A program made the position numbers and the translations under genes. Of a stretch of 64,000 nucleotides of DNA, positions 35,534-44,261 are shown one piece after another. The notes beneath the pieces are model-generated. The model saw only the letters and a list, made by a program, of their open reading frames with translations, did no database searches and was not told the origin of the DNA. Source of the stretch: a virus. The DNA lies in the IMG/VR virus record IMGVR_UViG_3300037851_000568, positions 10,139 through 74,138 of that record; one strand, given 5' to 3'. Positions within the stretch are counted from its first letter, which is position 1. Each line of letters begins with the position of its first letter.

Positions 35534-35617
35534 GGGCCTCTGATGGAACAGCAGACATGCCGGTCTTAGAAGCCGGTGCCGAAAGGCGTTGGGGTGCGAC
35601 TCCCCCGAGGCCCACCA
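35534..35617 (+). tRNA. trnL: tRNA-Leu(TAG), T-loop TGCGACT
   Basis: Long variable arm; CCA. Confidence 0.88.
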
Positions 35618-35627
35618 AAACATTCAT

Positions 35628-35713
35628 GCGCGGGTGGCGGAACTGGCAGACGCGCTGGTCTCAGAAGCCAGTGGGTAACACCCGTGGAGGTTCGATTCCT
35701 CTCCCGCGCACCA
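35628..35713 (+). tRNA. trnL: tRNA-Leu(CAG)
   Basis: Long variable arm; CCA. Confidence 0.92.
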
Positions 35714-35714
35714 A

Positions 35715-35788
35715 GCCCTCTTGGCGTAATGGCAGCGCACCTAGCTTACACCTAGGCGGCGGGGGTTCGATTCCCTCAGAGGGCACCA
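35715..35788 (+). tRNA. trnV: tRNA-Val(TAC)
   Basis: Cloverleaf, CCA. Confidence 0.92.
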
Positions 35789-35794
35789 ATATTT

Positions 35795-35878
35795 GCAGCC
35801 GTGGCGAAATGGCAGACGCGTCCGTTTGAGGGGCGGATGGGGAAACCCGTGGAGGTTCGACTCCTCTCGGCTGCACCA
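35795..35878 (+). tRNA. trnL: tRNA-Leu(GAG)
   Basis: Long variable arm; CCA. Confidence 0.92.
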
Positions 35879-35885
35879 AATTCAA

Positions 35886-35961
35886 CGGGCCATGGGGTAA
35901 TCGGCAACCCGCCTGCTTCGGGAGCAGGAACATCCCGGTTCGAGTCCGGGTGGCCCGACCA
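35886..35961 (+). tRNA. trnP: tRNA-Pro(CGG)
   Basis: C1:G72; CCA. Confidence 0.92.
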
Positions 35962-35969
35962 ATCTTCAT

Positions 35970-36045
35970 GGGCCGGTAGCTCAGCGGCAGGAGCGGCCAG
36001 CTCATAACTGGACGGTAGCGGGATCGTCACCCGCACGGCCCACCA
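35970..36045 (+). tRNA. tRNA-Ile2/Met(CAT), T-loop ATCGTCA
   Basis: Cloverleaf, CCA. Confidence 0.82.
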
Positions 36046-36046
36046 A

Positions 36047-36122
36047 CAGGCTCAGGGGTAGATAGCGACCCGCCTCGCTTGGAACGAGGAGAAGGAACGT
36101 GCAAGTCGTTCGAGCCTGACCA
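36047..36122 (+). tRNA. trnP: tRNA-Pro(TGG), A37, T-loop TGCAAGT
   Basis: C1:G72; CCA. Confidence 0.87.
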
Positions 36123-36128
36123 AATATT

Positions 36129-36432
36129 GGAGCGTTCGCTGTCGCTGCGGAGGTAGCAGTACCTCCTAGCTCATGGGACAACGGCCCAAACGAGTATCCG
36201 TAAGTCTCCAGCGCCCACACCCGCGAAGGGGCGCAAGAGGCGAGGCAGGGCGGTGGCATACGCCCGTCACGACCTGTACCTCGGAGATGATCTTGGCCGG
36301 GTCGCCGCAATAAGGGTTTGGGGTAAATCCTGCCGCGAAAGCGAGACGGGGCATGAAAGGTAGCGGGTGCCACGGCGACTAAACCCCGCAGCAGGTGAGT
36401 GGATAGGCAAAAGCGAGGTCAGCGAACGCTCC
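36129..36432 (+). ncRNA. raiA-motif-like large structured ncRNA
   Basis: 13-bp terminal helix; AAACGA-TATCC-GTAAG, TCCTGCCG..GCGAGA, CAGCAGGTGAGT-GGATA, CAAA..AGGTC; crossing (pseudoknot) pairings. Confidence 0.75.
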
Positions 36433-36437
36433 TTTAG

Positions 36438-36511
36438 GCCCCCGTGGTGTAGCAGAGGCACAGCTGTTTCCTAAACAGCAAGGTCCGGCGCAACTCCGGA
36501 CGGGGGCTCCA
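36438..36511 (+). tRNA. trnR: tRNA-Arg(CCT), T-loop CGCAACT
   Basis: Cloverleaf, U73, CCA. Confidence 0.85.
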
Positions 36512-36518
36512 AACATTC

Positions 36519-36593
36519 GCCCCGGTAGTGAAATGGACATCACGGCTCCCTCCGAAGGAGTCATTGCGAGTTCGAGTCTCGCCTGGGGCACCA
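36519..36593 (+). tRNA. trnR: tRNA-Arg(CCG)
   Basis: Cloverleaf, CCA. Confidence 0.92.
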
Positions 36594-36594
36594 T

Positions 36595-36671
36595 CTCCCC
36601 GTCCCGTAACTGGACAACGGTCCCGGCTACGAACCGGGCACATACAGGTTCGAGTCCTGTCGGGGAGACCA
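36595..36671 (+). tRNA. trnR: tRNA-Arg(ACG)
   Basis: Cloverleaf, CCA. Confidence 0.92.
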
Positions 36672-36675
36672 AAGC

Positions 36676-36703
36676 TTGGCGCTGCTGTCTGGCCTGATAT
36701 GAT
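36676..36703 (+). promoter_or_regulatory. promoter TTGGCG-N16-TATGAT (extended -10)
   Basis: TGnTATGAT; ATG at 36711. Confidence 0.5.
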
Positions 36704-36710
36704 TGGTGAG

Positions 36711-37331
36711 ATGGATATGAACGCCCAACGGAAGATGTCCCGGCCGACCCTGGTGCTCAACAAGCACTGGAGCCCGATCCAGACCGCCCCGGTACAGGAG
36801 GCGATCAGCCTTGTGGCCAAGGGCTCGGCCAAGATCATCGACCCGAAGACCTTCGAGGCCCACGATCTGCTGTCGTGGAACGACGTCTCCAAGGCCAAGG
36901 GCCAGTTCGAGGACTCGGTCATCCGGTCCGCCCACCTTTCGCTGGTGGCCCCGGAGGTGATCGTCCTGACCGGCTACGAGGGTCTTGCGGTCCGTTCGGT
37001 GGTTTTCAGCCGGAAGAGCTTGTTCAAGCGGGACCGGTACACGTGCCAGTACTGCGGCAAGCAGCCTGGTCCGTCGGAGCTGACCATCGACCACGTGATG
37101 CCGAAGTCCCGTGGCGGGATCTCGTCTTGGACCAACTGCGTGCTGGCCTGCGTGGAGTGTAACAAGTTCAAGGCCAACCGTACGCCGGACGAGGCCAAGA
37201 TGTCGCTCCGCAAGGTTCCGAAGAAGCCGTCTTGGAAGGCTCTGGCGGAGATCCCGTCGGTCGCCCGCCGGGAGTCGTGGGAGCAGTTCCTGTCTCGCGC
37301 CTACTGGGAGGTCGAACTCGAAGCTCGATGA
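36711..37331 (+). CDS. HNH endonuclease (McrA-like)
   Basis: TLVLN, RDRYTCQYCG, TIDHVMPKSRGG, NCVLACVECN. Confidence 0.9.
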   Translation: MDMNAQRKMSRPTLVLNKHWSPIQTAPVQEAISLVAKGSAKIIDPKTFEAHDLLSWNDVSKAKGQFEDSVIRSAHLSLVAPEVIVLTGYEGLAVRSVVFSRKSLFKRDRYTCQYCGKQPGPSELTIDHVMPKSRGGISSWTNCVLACVECNKFKANRTPDEAKMSLRKVPKKPSWKALAEIPSVARRESWEQFLSRAYWEVELEAR

Positions 37332-37333
37332 CC

Positions 37334-37362
37334 TTGCTCCTGTCCCGGCCTGATGGTACTAT
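37334..37362 (+). promoter_or_regulatory. promoter TTGCTC-N17-TACTAT (extended -10)
   Basis: TGnTACTAT upstream of the neck operon. Confidence 0.5.
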
Positions 37363-37394
37363 TGCCGTAAGGTACCGGGACAGGAGAGAGGTTC

Positions 37395-37790
37395 ATGGCT
37401 GAGCGGCTCTTCGAGGATCTCAACAACCTCCTCAAGATGATCGAGGAGGAACCCAAACCGTCTTCTCCTCCGCCCGCAGCTCCGGAAGCCCAACAGCCTC
37501 AAGACCTTGAGTCGGCCGCCAAGCGTCTGAAGGACCAGCTGGCGGCGATTCAGGAGATTGTCACTACGGCCGAGAAGACCGCCCCGCTCAAACGGTTCAT
37601 CTGGCTGGCATGGGGTGCCGTCCAGTCCCTCGCGTCCGACATCGACGGCATCGAAGAAGAGCTGAAGAAGAAGGGGAAGGAGATCGGGAAGGACACGACG
37701 GCGGCCGTTCAGGTCATCGCCGACCTGAAGAAGCTCATGGGGCCTCTGACGGACGCCATCGACAGTCTTAACACCATCTCCAAGGGGTAG
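37395..37790 (+). CDS. helical hypothetical protein
   Basis: SD GGAGAGAGG; ORF. Confidence 0.7.
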   Translation: MAERLFEDLNNLLKMIEEEPKPSSPPPAAPEAQQPQDLESAAKRLKDQLAAIQEIVTTAEKTAPLKRFIWLAWGAVQSLASDIDGIEEELKKKGKEIGKDTTAAVQVIADLKKLMGPLTDAIDSLNTISKG

Positions 37791-37792
37791 GG

Positions 37793-38071
37793 ATGTCCGA
37801 CGTTAAGAAGTTGCTGGAAACGCTCAAGGCCGATCTGGTCGAGGAGCCCCGCAACCGGGACCTGTACGCCGCCTACGAAGGCGTGGTGGACAACATCGTC
37901 GACGCTGTGGTTTCTACCATGGTTCGCGGGGTGGACGACATCCTGCAGCAGGTCCACGACAAGGCGGAGATCTTCCACAAGGACGAGGAGATCGCCAACG
38001 ACGTGCTCACCCGCGTGATGGGGCGGCTTCCTGATGCCATTAACCGGGTTCTGCGTGGAAGAGGCAAGTAG
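37793..38071 (+). CDS. helical hypothetical protein
   Basis: Closely packed ORF. Confidence 0.7.
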   Translation: MSDVKKLLETLKADLVEEPRNRDLYAAYEGVVDNIVDAVVSTMVRGVDDILQQVHDKAEIFHKDEEIANDVLTRVMGRLPDAINRVLRGRGK

Positions 38072-38862
38072 TGGCTGAGGAGTTCTACGCCGTCCCGAAC
38101 GTCGGCCCGATCATCGAGAAGTCGGGCGGCGGAACGTTTGCCAACGACGACGATCTGTCGAAGTACCTGCTTCGCCGGATGGGCAAGGGCGTCGTTCAGG
38201 TTGAGATCACCAACGACCAGCTGGCTGACGCCATTCAGGACACCAAGCGCTGGTTCGTGGCCAACTGGGGCATCCACCGCGTTCGCACGTTCCAGATGAT
38301 CCAAGGGGTCACGGAGTACACCCTGTCGACGGACGTGGCGGATGTGCTGGCGGTTTACGTGGAGGCTGTGCGGATCCCGCCGCTGGTCTTCGACCGGGAG
38401 TTCCCGTTCTACTTTCCGTTCCCGATGCGTGCCGAGGGCGGCGTGGTGTTCAGCTACCCGGCTGGGCTCTACAGCGCCCTTGTCCAGCAGCTTCAGTGGA
38501 TCGACCAGCTCAAGCGGATCTTCAACGCCGAGGTCGAGTTCGACTACGTCGACAGCACCCGGCTTCTGAGGATCATGGCTCCCGGCAACCAGTCCGGCCT
38601 CTGCATGGTGGAGTACATCTCCAACTGCGTGGACGTCAAGGATCTGTTCGGGATTGCCGAGGAACTGTTCGTGGACTGGGCCCGGGCGGAGCTGATGGAA
38701 CGGGTGGGCCGCGTGCGGTCGAAGTACGGCGGCATCCCGACGGCCGGTGGCGAACGGACCCTCGATGGAGAGCGCCTGCTGGAAGAGGCCAAGGCCCTCA
38801 AGGACGAGGTCAGGACGAGGGCCATCGAACGCGGGTACCCCATCACGTTCCTAAGAGGCTGA
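38071..38862 (+). CDS. neck protein (T4 gp13-like)
   Basis: YLLRRMGKGVVQVEITNDQLADAIQ; RSKYGG; LDGERLLEEA. Confidence 0.8.
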   Translation: MAEEFYAVPNVGPIIEKSGGGTFANDDDLSKYLLRRMGKGVVQVEITNDQLADAIQDTKRWFVANWGIHRVRTFQMIQGVTEYTLSTDVADVLAVYVEAVRIPPLVFDREFPFYFPFPMRAEGGVVFSYPAGLYSALVQQLQWIDQLKRIFNAEVEFDYVDSTRLLRIMAPGNQSGLCMVEYISNCVDVKDLFGIAEELFVDWARAELMERVGRVRSKYGGIPTAGGERTLDGERLLEEAKALKDEVRTRAIERGYPITFLRG

Positions 38863-38870
38863 TTACTAAG

Positions 38871-39059
38871 ATGCTGCGCGTGTTTACGCCGAGACGGTAC
38901 TCAATGGAGGCTTACCGAGAGGCGGAACGCCTGTACACCTCCGGTGCGTCCTCGACAGTTGTTGACCGTCGAATGGGGTGGCGGGATGGTGTTGCGCGGG
39001 ATTACCTTCGTCGGATGGGTTTGATGCGTTCGGCTTCCGACGCTAAAGTCTTGGCGTGA
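38871..39059 (+). pseudogene. HTH fragment, probable homing-endonuclease remnant
   Basis: RLYTSGASSTVVDRRMG...LRRMGLMRSASDA; followed by a relic copy of the gp13 C terminus. Confidence 0.5.
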
Positions 39060-39078
39060 TTCCATTTGTTCGCGGATA

Positions 39079-39095
39079 ACTGCATACTGTGCAGT
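39079..39095. repeat. 17-bp palindrome ACTGCATA-C-TGTGCAGT (copy 3)
   Basis: Intergenic, 11 nt before ATG 39107. Confidence 0.8.
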
Positions 39096-39106
39096 TGGGG
39101 GGAAAC

Positions 39107-40393
39107 ATGGCGTCGCGTGGCGATAACAGCCTCACGTGGGAGATCGGGGACAAGAGCTACACCGTCTACTTCGACGTCTCTGGTCGCTGGACCAAGTCCA
39201 CCTTTCATGACCCGGGCGATTCTCCAGAGGTGGACATTACCACCGTTGTGGACGACGCCACCAACAAGGAGATTCCACGTTCCGAGTGGGCCGCCGCAGG
39301 CTTTGATCGGTCTGTGCTGGACGAGATCACAGACCGTGCCTTGGAGATCTTCAAGGACGCCGAGCCTGAATACGAGCCGGACGACCGTACCGACCGGTAT
39401 GACTTCGAGGAGTCGTCTGGAAACAAGCCGTACAAGTACCGGATAAACCGTCCCGGCACGCAGTTCCACGACCTTGAGTTCCTCGTAGCCTACGAGATCG
39501 AACCCAAGTTTGGCGGCGACGCGGGAACCCCCATCGGCAACGAGGTCCAGATCGTTGGCATCGCCCGTGCCTCTGACCCCAGTCGTCAGATCCCCAAGGA
39601 CATGTGGCACATGTTCGGCATCGACGACGACGAGTTGGACGCCATCAAGGACGCCGTCATCGACAACGTTGCCGCTCTGGAGAATCCGTATCGGCGCGAG
39701 GGCATGTCTCGCTGGGGTCGCCTGAAGGGCGGTTACGGGGAGTGGCAGGCCGGTACGGAGGTCGAAGTCGTCGACGTCAAGCGGAACTCGGACGGCAGCA
39801 AGGACGTCCTCATCAAGGGGCCCGACGGCAAGACGGTCCCTATCAAGCTGGATCAGGGTGAAGAGTTCGAGAAGTTCATCGATATTCTGGAGAAGAGGAC
39901 TATGGCAGACATGACCGAGGAAATGCGTGCGCTCGCCGGACTGCCCGTCCGTCAGGCTCCCACGGCTCCGATCACCACCGAGGCTGACCGCGCCGTCCAG
40001 AGGGACTGGCGGCGGATGGCCGTCAACCCCAGCAAGAACCTCGTGGAGACCAGTGAGACGACCGGCGGGGCCATCGTGCCCGCCAGCTTCGTCTTCCCGG
40101 ACCTTGGGGCTCTTCTGGGCTACACCCAGCAGAAGCTCCCTACGACCCTTCTGCGGTGCATCGACCGGATGACCCCGGAAGGCCAGAACGCCATGGCGGT
40201 CATGCTGAACGAGCTTCAGAAGCTGCGTCCTGCTGCGGACCACCTCGTCGAGGTGTTCGCCGGGATCGTGGACGGCATCGACAAGTTCGACGGTGGCAGC
40301 ATCGAGGGCAGGGAGGTGGCGCGGGTGTTCCGGTACATGATGGACGCGGCCCGCTTCACGCAGGGCGGAGCGGAGCTGACGGAGCAGCTGTGA
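39107..40393 (+). CDS. hypothetical (putative virion-internal) protein
   Basis: Long acidic ORF; EMRALAGL motif. Confidence 0.75.
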   Translation: MASRGDNSLTWEIGDKSYTVYFDVSGRWTKSTFHDPGDSPEVDITTVVDDATNKEIPRSEWAAAGFDRSVLDEITDRALEIFKDAEPEYEPDDRTDRYDFEESSGNKPYKYRINRPGTQFHDLEFLVAYEIEPKFGGDAGTPIGNEVQIVGIARASDPSRQIPKDMWHMFGIDDDELDAIKDAVIDNVAALENPYRREGMSRWGRLKGGYGEWQAGTEVEVVDVKRNSDGSKDVLIKGPDGKTVPIKLDQGEEFEKFIDILEKRTMADMTEEMRALAGLPVRQAPTAPITTEADRAVQRDWRRMAVNPSKNLVETSETTGGAIVPASFVFPDLGALLGYTQQKLPTTLLRCIDRMTPEGQNAMAVMLNELQKLRPAADHLVEVFAGIVDGIDKFDGGSIEGREVARVFRYMMDAARFTQGGAELTEQL

Positions 40394-41325
40394 GGCACAT
40401 CAAGCCTACCCTCGATGAGCTTCGCGGGGTCCTCGGCGGCTGCGGCTTTGCCAAGGTGAAGTCCGAAGACCTGTCCGACGCCACGGAGTTGCACAAGGAG
40501 ATGACGGACCACCTTGCCTCCACGTTCGGCAAGCTGCTGGACGATCAGGATCTGAAGGACAGCTCCGAGATCGCCATCTACTGGTTCGCCAACGATCACC
40601 ATCGCGGGCAGGCTGACCCGCTGTACTCCATCCTGTCCCAGTCCCCGTACACGCCCGGACCCATGATGAGTTCGGCAGCGGACGAGGGCGAGACGGTCGA
40701 TATGCTCTATCAGGAGCTGGTCGACGCGTTCTCCAACCCTGGGAAGCCAATCTCGGAGATGAGTCAGGAGGAGGCTGACGACATCGTGAACGAGGTGGCG
40801 GAGGCCGCTTATAGCATGGCTGCCCGCAGCGCCGCCGAGGCATGGAGCACGTCCGAGGATCCCGGCAAGTGGATCGTGGCCACGTTCGGAGACTTCACGG
40901 CGGCCAACGGGGAAGTGCTTCCCGAGGATGAGGCCCCGCTTCCTCCCGAAGGGTTCGTCATGTTCGAGCAGGGCCGGATCCCGGCTGTTGAAGAGTGCGT
41001 GCCCATGGAGCACGTGATCCGCGCCGTGGCCAAGAAGCACCCCGGTGACCGTGAGGCCGGGGCGGTCCTGCGCCGCTTGTGGCAGGAGCAGGGCTCTGAA
41101 CGTTGCATGTCCATTTCCGGGAAGTCGCAAGTCTATCGGAAGGAAGGCGACGTCTCGAATGTGGCCGAATCCACCAGGTATATGAGCGCCAAGTATGTCT
41201 CGGATATCCTCGGGATTATCATCTCCGACATCATGAAGGGTCGGGCCAAGTGGGCGCTCGACAACCTTCAGAAGTTGAAGAAGGACCTTGAGACCGGCAG
41301 CCTTGAGATCGCGGAGAGGAAGTAA
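40390..41325 (+). CDS. hypothetical protein
   Basis: GTGA-coupled; GC3 bias. Confidence 0.7.
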   Translation: MRHIKPTLDELRGVLGGCGFAKVKSEDLSDATELHKEMTDHLASTFGKLLDDQDLKDSSEIAIYWFANDHHRGQADPLYSILSQSPYTPGPMMSSAADEGETVDMLYQELVDAFSNPGKPISEMSQEEADDIVNEVAEAAYSMAARSAAEAWSTSEDPGKWIVATFGDFTAANGEVLPEDEAPLPPEGFVMFEQGRIPAVEECVPMEHVIRAVAKKHPGDREAGAVLRRLWQEQGSERCMSISGKSQVYRKEGDVSNVAESTRYMSAKYVSDILGIIISDIMKGRAKWALDNLQKLKKDLETGSLEIAERK

Positions 41326-41326
41326 A

Positions 41327-41806
41327 ATGGGTCAGAACAAGAAGTGGTCGTCGGCCGATTTTCAGGAGGTTCTCCAGAACCTCAAGAGCGCCGTCTCCGA
41401 GTCCGCCCCTGTTAAGCAGGAGGTCCTGGGACAGGAGACCTTCCTCGGGATGCAGAAGCTTCACGAGGCCCTCACCAATCTGGAGATCGCAGCCGACCAC
41501 TTCGAGGCCGACGGCAACAAGGACGACGCCGCAAGCATCCGGGCGGCCTACGATCAGCTCAAGGTCATTAAGGACGGCTTTCAGCAGCAGTTCGACGCCG
41601 AGCTGGCCGCCCGCGAAAAGGCGCTTGAGGGCGTTGCGGCCCCGCTGTCCGGTGATCACCGGATGGAGGCCAAGGACTTCAACCCGTTCGCAGTCTGCAA
41701 CGCAATGGCCAAGAAGCACGGGTGGTCCAAGGACAAGACGGAGAAGTGCATCCTGAAGCTCAAGGAAAAGCCCGGCGCGACGTATGAGGAACTTGGGAGG
41801 CTGTAG
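41327..41806 (+). CDS. hypothetical protein
   Basis: ORF; C-terminal NPFAVC motif. Confidence 0.7.
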   Translation: MGQNKKWSSADFQEVLQNLKSAVSESAPVKQEVLGQETFLGMQKLHEALTNLEIAADHFEADGNKDDAASIRAAYDQLKVIKDGFQQQFDAELAAREKALEGVAAPLSGDHRMEAKDFNPFAVCNAMAKKHGWSKDKTEKCILKLKEKPGATYEELGRL

Positions 41807-42486
41807 TGCCCCAGGACCCCATCCAGCACAAGTTCGTACCGAACAACCCGGTTCCGGGGGTGCCCAACGCACCTCCGAACCTTGGGCAGACGGAGTCCTC
41901 TGACCTCACCCCCAGAACCTCGTACCCCAACCCCTGCAATCAGTTCCAGATGTTCCCCACGACGGAGATCGACTTCCTCGACTCCATCAACGCCGAGATG
42001 GCCGGGATCGCCGGGGTGGACGCCGAGTACTTCGTGATGAACCGCACCATCACGAACATGGACGCGTTCTACAATGAGCCCACGGCTGATTGGGCGTGGA
42101 CCAAGAGCTTCCGGATCCGGGTGTTCTACCTGCCCGATCAGGGAGACCCGTCCCAGAGAGAGCCGACCGAGAGGGGCCTTGCTGAGGTCTTTCCCGGACA
42201 GGTGACCATCAGCCGACGGATCGCCGAAGAGGTGGGTCTGGGAGCCCCCAAGGAGGGGGACGTCATTCGGCTCTTCCACCACGAAGGACGCGGGTACGCC
42301 GACTACGACATCATCAAGGTCAATCCGGATCCCGCCAGCTACTGGGGGGATCAGGGGGTGTTCCTGCAGTTCCTCTGCGACGTGGTCCGCCGCGTCAAGT
42401 TCCTGCCGGAGCGCCGGTTCACGGCTGGCAACGAGACTGGAGGGGTGACGGAGTCGGATTCCGACCCGCACTCGTTGACCCAATGA
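41806..42486 (+). CDS. head-completion/neck protein (T4 gp14-like)
   Basis: E....AGVDAEYF...DAFYNE, PKEGDVI; synteny. Confidence 0.65.
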   Translation: MPQDPIQHKFVPNNPVPGVPNAPPNLGQTESSDLTPRTSYPNPCNQFQMFPTTEIDFLDSINAEMAGIAGVDAEYFVMNRTITNMDAFYNEPTADWAWTKSFRIRVFYLPDQGDPSQREPTERGLAEVFPGQVTISRRIAEEVGLGAPKEGDVIRLFHHEGRGYADYDIIKVNPDPASYWGDQGVFLQFLCDVVRRVKFLPERRFTAGNETGGVTESDSDPHSLTQ

Positions 42487-42752
42487 GCCTTGAGCAGGTG
42501 CTGGCGGAGCTGAAGCTGTACCTGACCAATCCGCAGGCGTTTCCGGCCGACCGGGTGTACGCCGCAGGCAAGGTGGGTACGTTCGATCTGGGGGCTCATG
42601 TTCCTGAGCCTTTGGGCGTACCTGAGAACGACAGGTTGACCTATGACCCCGACAGGTTGGCCTCGATTTTGGGCCGCCTGAAGGGGTATACTCATGTACC
42701 CAGAACCAGACCGTTGGCGGTTGCGGCTACTAGGGCGGAGAGACGGGCGTGA
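42483..42752 (+). CDS. hypothetical protein
   Basis: ATGA-coupled. Confidence 0.55.
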   Translation: MSLEQVLAELKLYLTNPQAFPADRVYAAGKVGTFDLGAHVPEPLGVPENDRLTYDPDRLASILGRLKGYTHVPRTRPLAVAATRAERRA

Positions 42753-43186
42753 ACGACGGGGAACAGATCAGAAAGTCGATCTCGGAGCTTCGTAAGCTCT
42801 GCGTCGAATCTGACACTCCTTCTTGTTCCGAGCCGGTCAGTAAGCTGCGCACGGCTGCTGACCGGCTCTACTACATGACCAAGGAGAATTCCGACGGGAT
42901 CACCACCGCACTGCGGAAGGTCCTGGAGGATCTGGACGCCGCAGTCCAGACGGCGGGGGGAGCGGACAGCAAGTGGGGTCGCCGGGTGATGGACCTTGCC
43001 CGTAAACTTGATGGCTTTGAGGTATCGACGGCTTTGGAACTGCGGTCGGTCGTCGAAGGCTTCGCCCGGCCCTCTTCACTTCACTTCGTCTGCAGCCTGC
43101 CTGCGTTCCCCGAGAAGAAGATCAGCTCCCTGATGACGGACCTCTACGATCTCGCCGACGAGATGAGCGGGGTCACGGATGACTAA
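42749..43186 (+). CDS. hypothetical protein
   Basis: GTGA-coupled. Confidence 0.6.
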   Translation: MNDGEQIRKSISELRKLCVESDTPSCSEPVSKLRTAADRLYYMTKENSDGITTALRKVLEDLDAAVQTAGGADSKWGRRVMDLARKLDGFEVSTALELRSVVEGFARPSSLHFVCSLPAFPEKKISSLMTDLYDLADEMSGVTDD

Positions 43187-44261
43187 ACTTCAGGAGCTGC
43201 TGTCTGATCTCAGAACGGTCGCCGGTCTTGGTGAGGCGCGTTCGGCGTTCGACGCGGTCGGTGCCGAACGTGCTTTGGACAACGCCATCGATTTCATCGA
43301 CAAGAACTGGAAAGAGGCGGTTGCCAAGGACGCCGTGGATCTGGCGGGCAGTTGGACCGAAATTTTCGACTACCTCGTCAGTCAGGACAAGGACGTCCTC
43401 GTCAAGGACGGCAAGCCCTCTTCGGAAACGCAGTGGGTGCGCAAGAAGCTGCGGGAGAAGGGCTACGCGTTCGACAAGCCGCCTGGCTCCGACAAGGAGT
43501 TCGTGTACGCGCCGGGGAACAGCCCGTACCACCTCAAGCTTGACCGTCTGACGACTGCCCAGAAGGACGCCCGCAAGGCCCTTCGCAGTGCTACGACTGA
43601 TCAGGAGAAGAAGGACCTCAAGGCGGCCATGGACCAGCTGGCTGCCGATAAGGAGGATGTGGAGGCCCACATCAAGCGGCTGGAAAAGCGCAGCGCACCG
43701 GAGGACGTTTCGGAACCTGTTGCGACGTTTGTTCCGTCCAAGGAACTCAAGGCCCTCCAGAAGGACGCCAAGGCGGCAGAGAAGCGTGCCGACGCCGCCC
43801 TCAACGCCAAAGACCGCGAGGCGGCTCTCAAAGATCTGGCTCGTATCCAGACCGCGATTGCCAAGGAGACCGCCGATCTTGAGCAGGCGCAGGGTGTTTC
43901 CGCGTCCGGCGAGCCTACCAAAGGGGACAGGAAGAAGCCTGCTTCGCCCAAAAAGCCCGACGACGAAAAAGATCAGCGCCTGAAGTCTCAGGACAAAATC
44001 ATCGGGGCCTATCAGGGTACCGCGCAGGCCAAAGACGCCGTGGACCAGTTCAAGGCAGGCATGGAAAAGGTGCTTGACGGATTGGAGGGCGATGCGGCGC
44101 AGGGCAAATTCGACAACGACCGCCGCATCCGACTGCAAAACCTGATCCGTACTCTTGAGCAGACGGTTTTGGCGGGAGATAGTGCGCTTCGCAAGGTTGG
44201 CGTTGTGCGTGGCGAGCCCGAAAAAGATAAGAAGGTTGCAGAAGGGGTGGAAAATGCCTGA
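43179..44261 (+). CDS. charged helical hypothetical (putative virion-internal) protein
   Basis: N-terminal LRTVAGLGE motif. Confidence 0.75.
   Translation: MTKLQELLSDLRTVAGLGEARSAFDAVGAERALDNAIDFIDKNWKEAVAKDAVDLAGSWTEIFDYLVSQDKDVLVKDGKPSSETQWVRKKLREKGYAFDKPPGSDKEFVYAPGNSPYHLKLDRLTTAQKDARKALRSATTDQEKKDLKAAMDQLAADKEDVEAHIKRLEKRSAPEDVSEPVATFVPSKELKALQKDAKAAEKRADAALNAKDREAALKDLARIQTAIAKETADLEQAQGVSASGEPTKGDRKKPASPKKPDDEKDQRLKSQDKIIGAYQGTAQAKDAVDQFKAGMEKVLDGLEGDAAQGKFDNDRRIRLQNLIRTLEQTVLAGDSALRKVGVVRGEPEKDKKVAEGVENA

Noticed and set aside
36129-36432. RNase P RNA, tmRNA or group I intron
   Set aside because: It lacks GAGGAAAGUCC and the ACAGAA..CGGCUUA block, has no tRNA-like ends or tag ORF, and does not interrupt an exon; the raiA blocks fit better.
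31860-36700. ORFs overlapping the tRNA array
   Set aside because: They are explained by tRNA and ncRNA sequence (e.g. GxEP and RESN peptides from reverse-complement T-arms); only the 32878 HNH gene is real.
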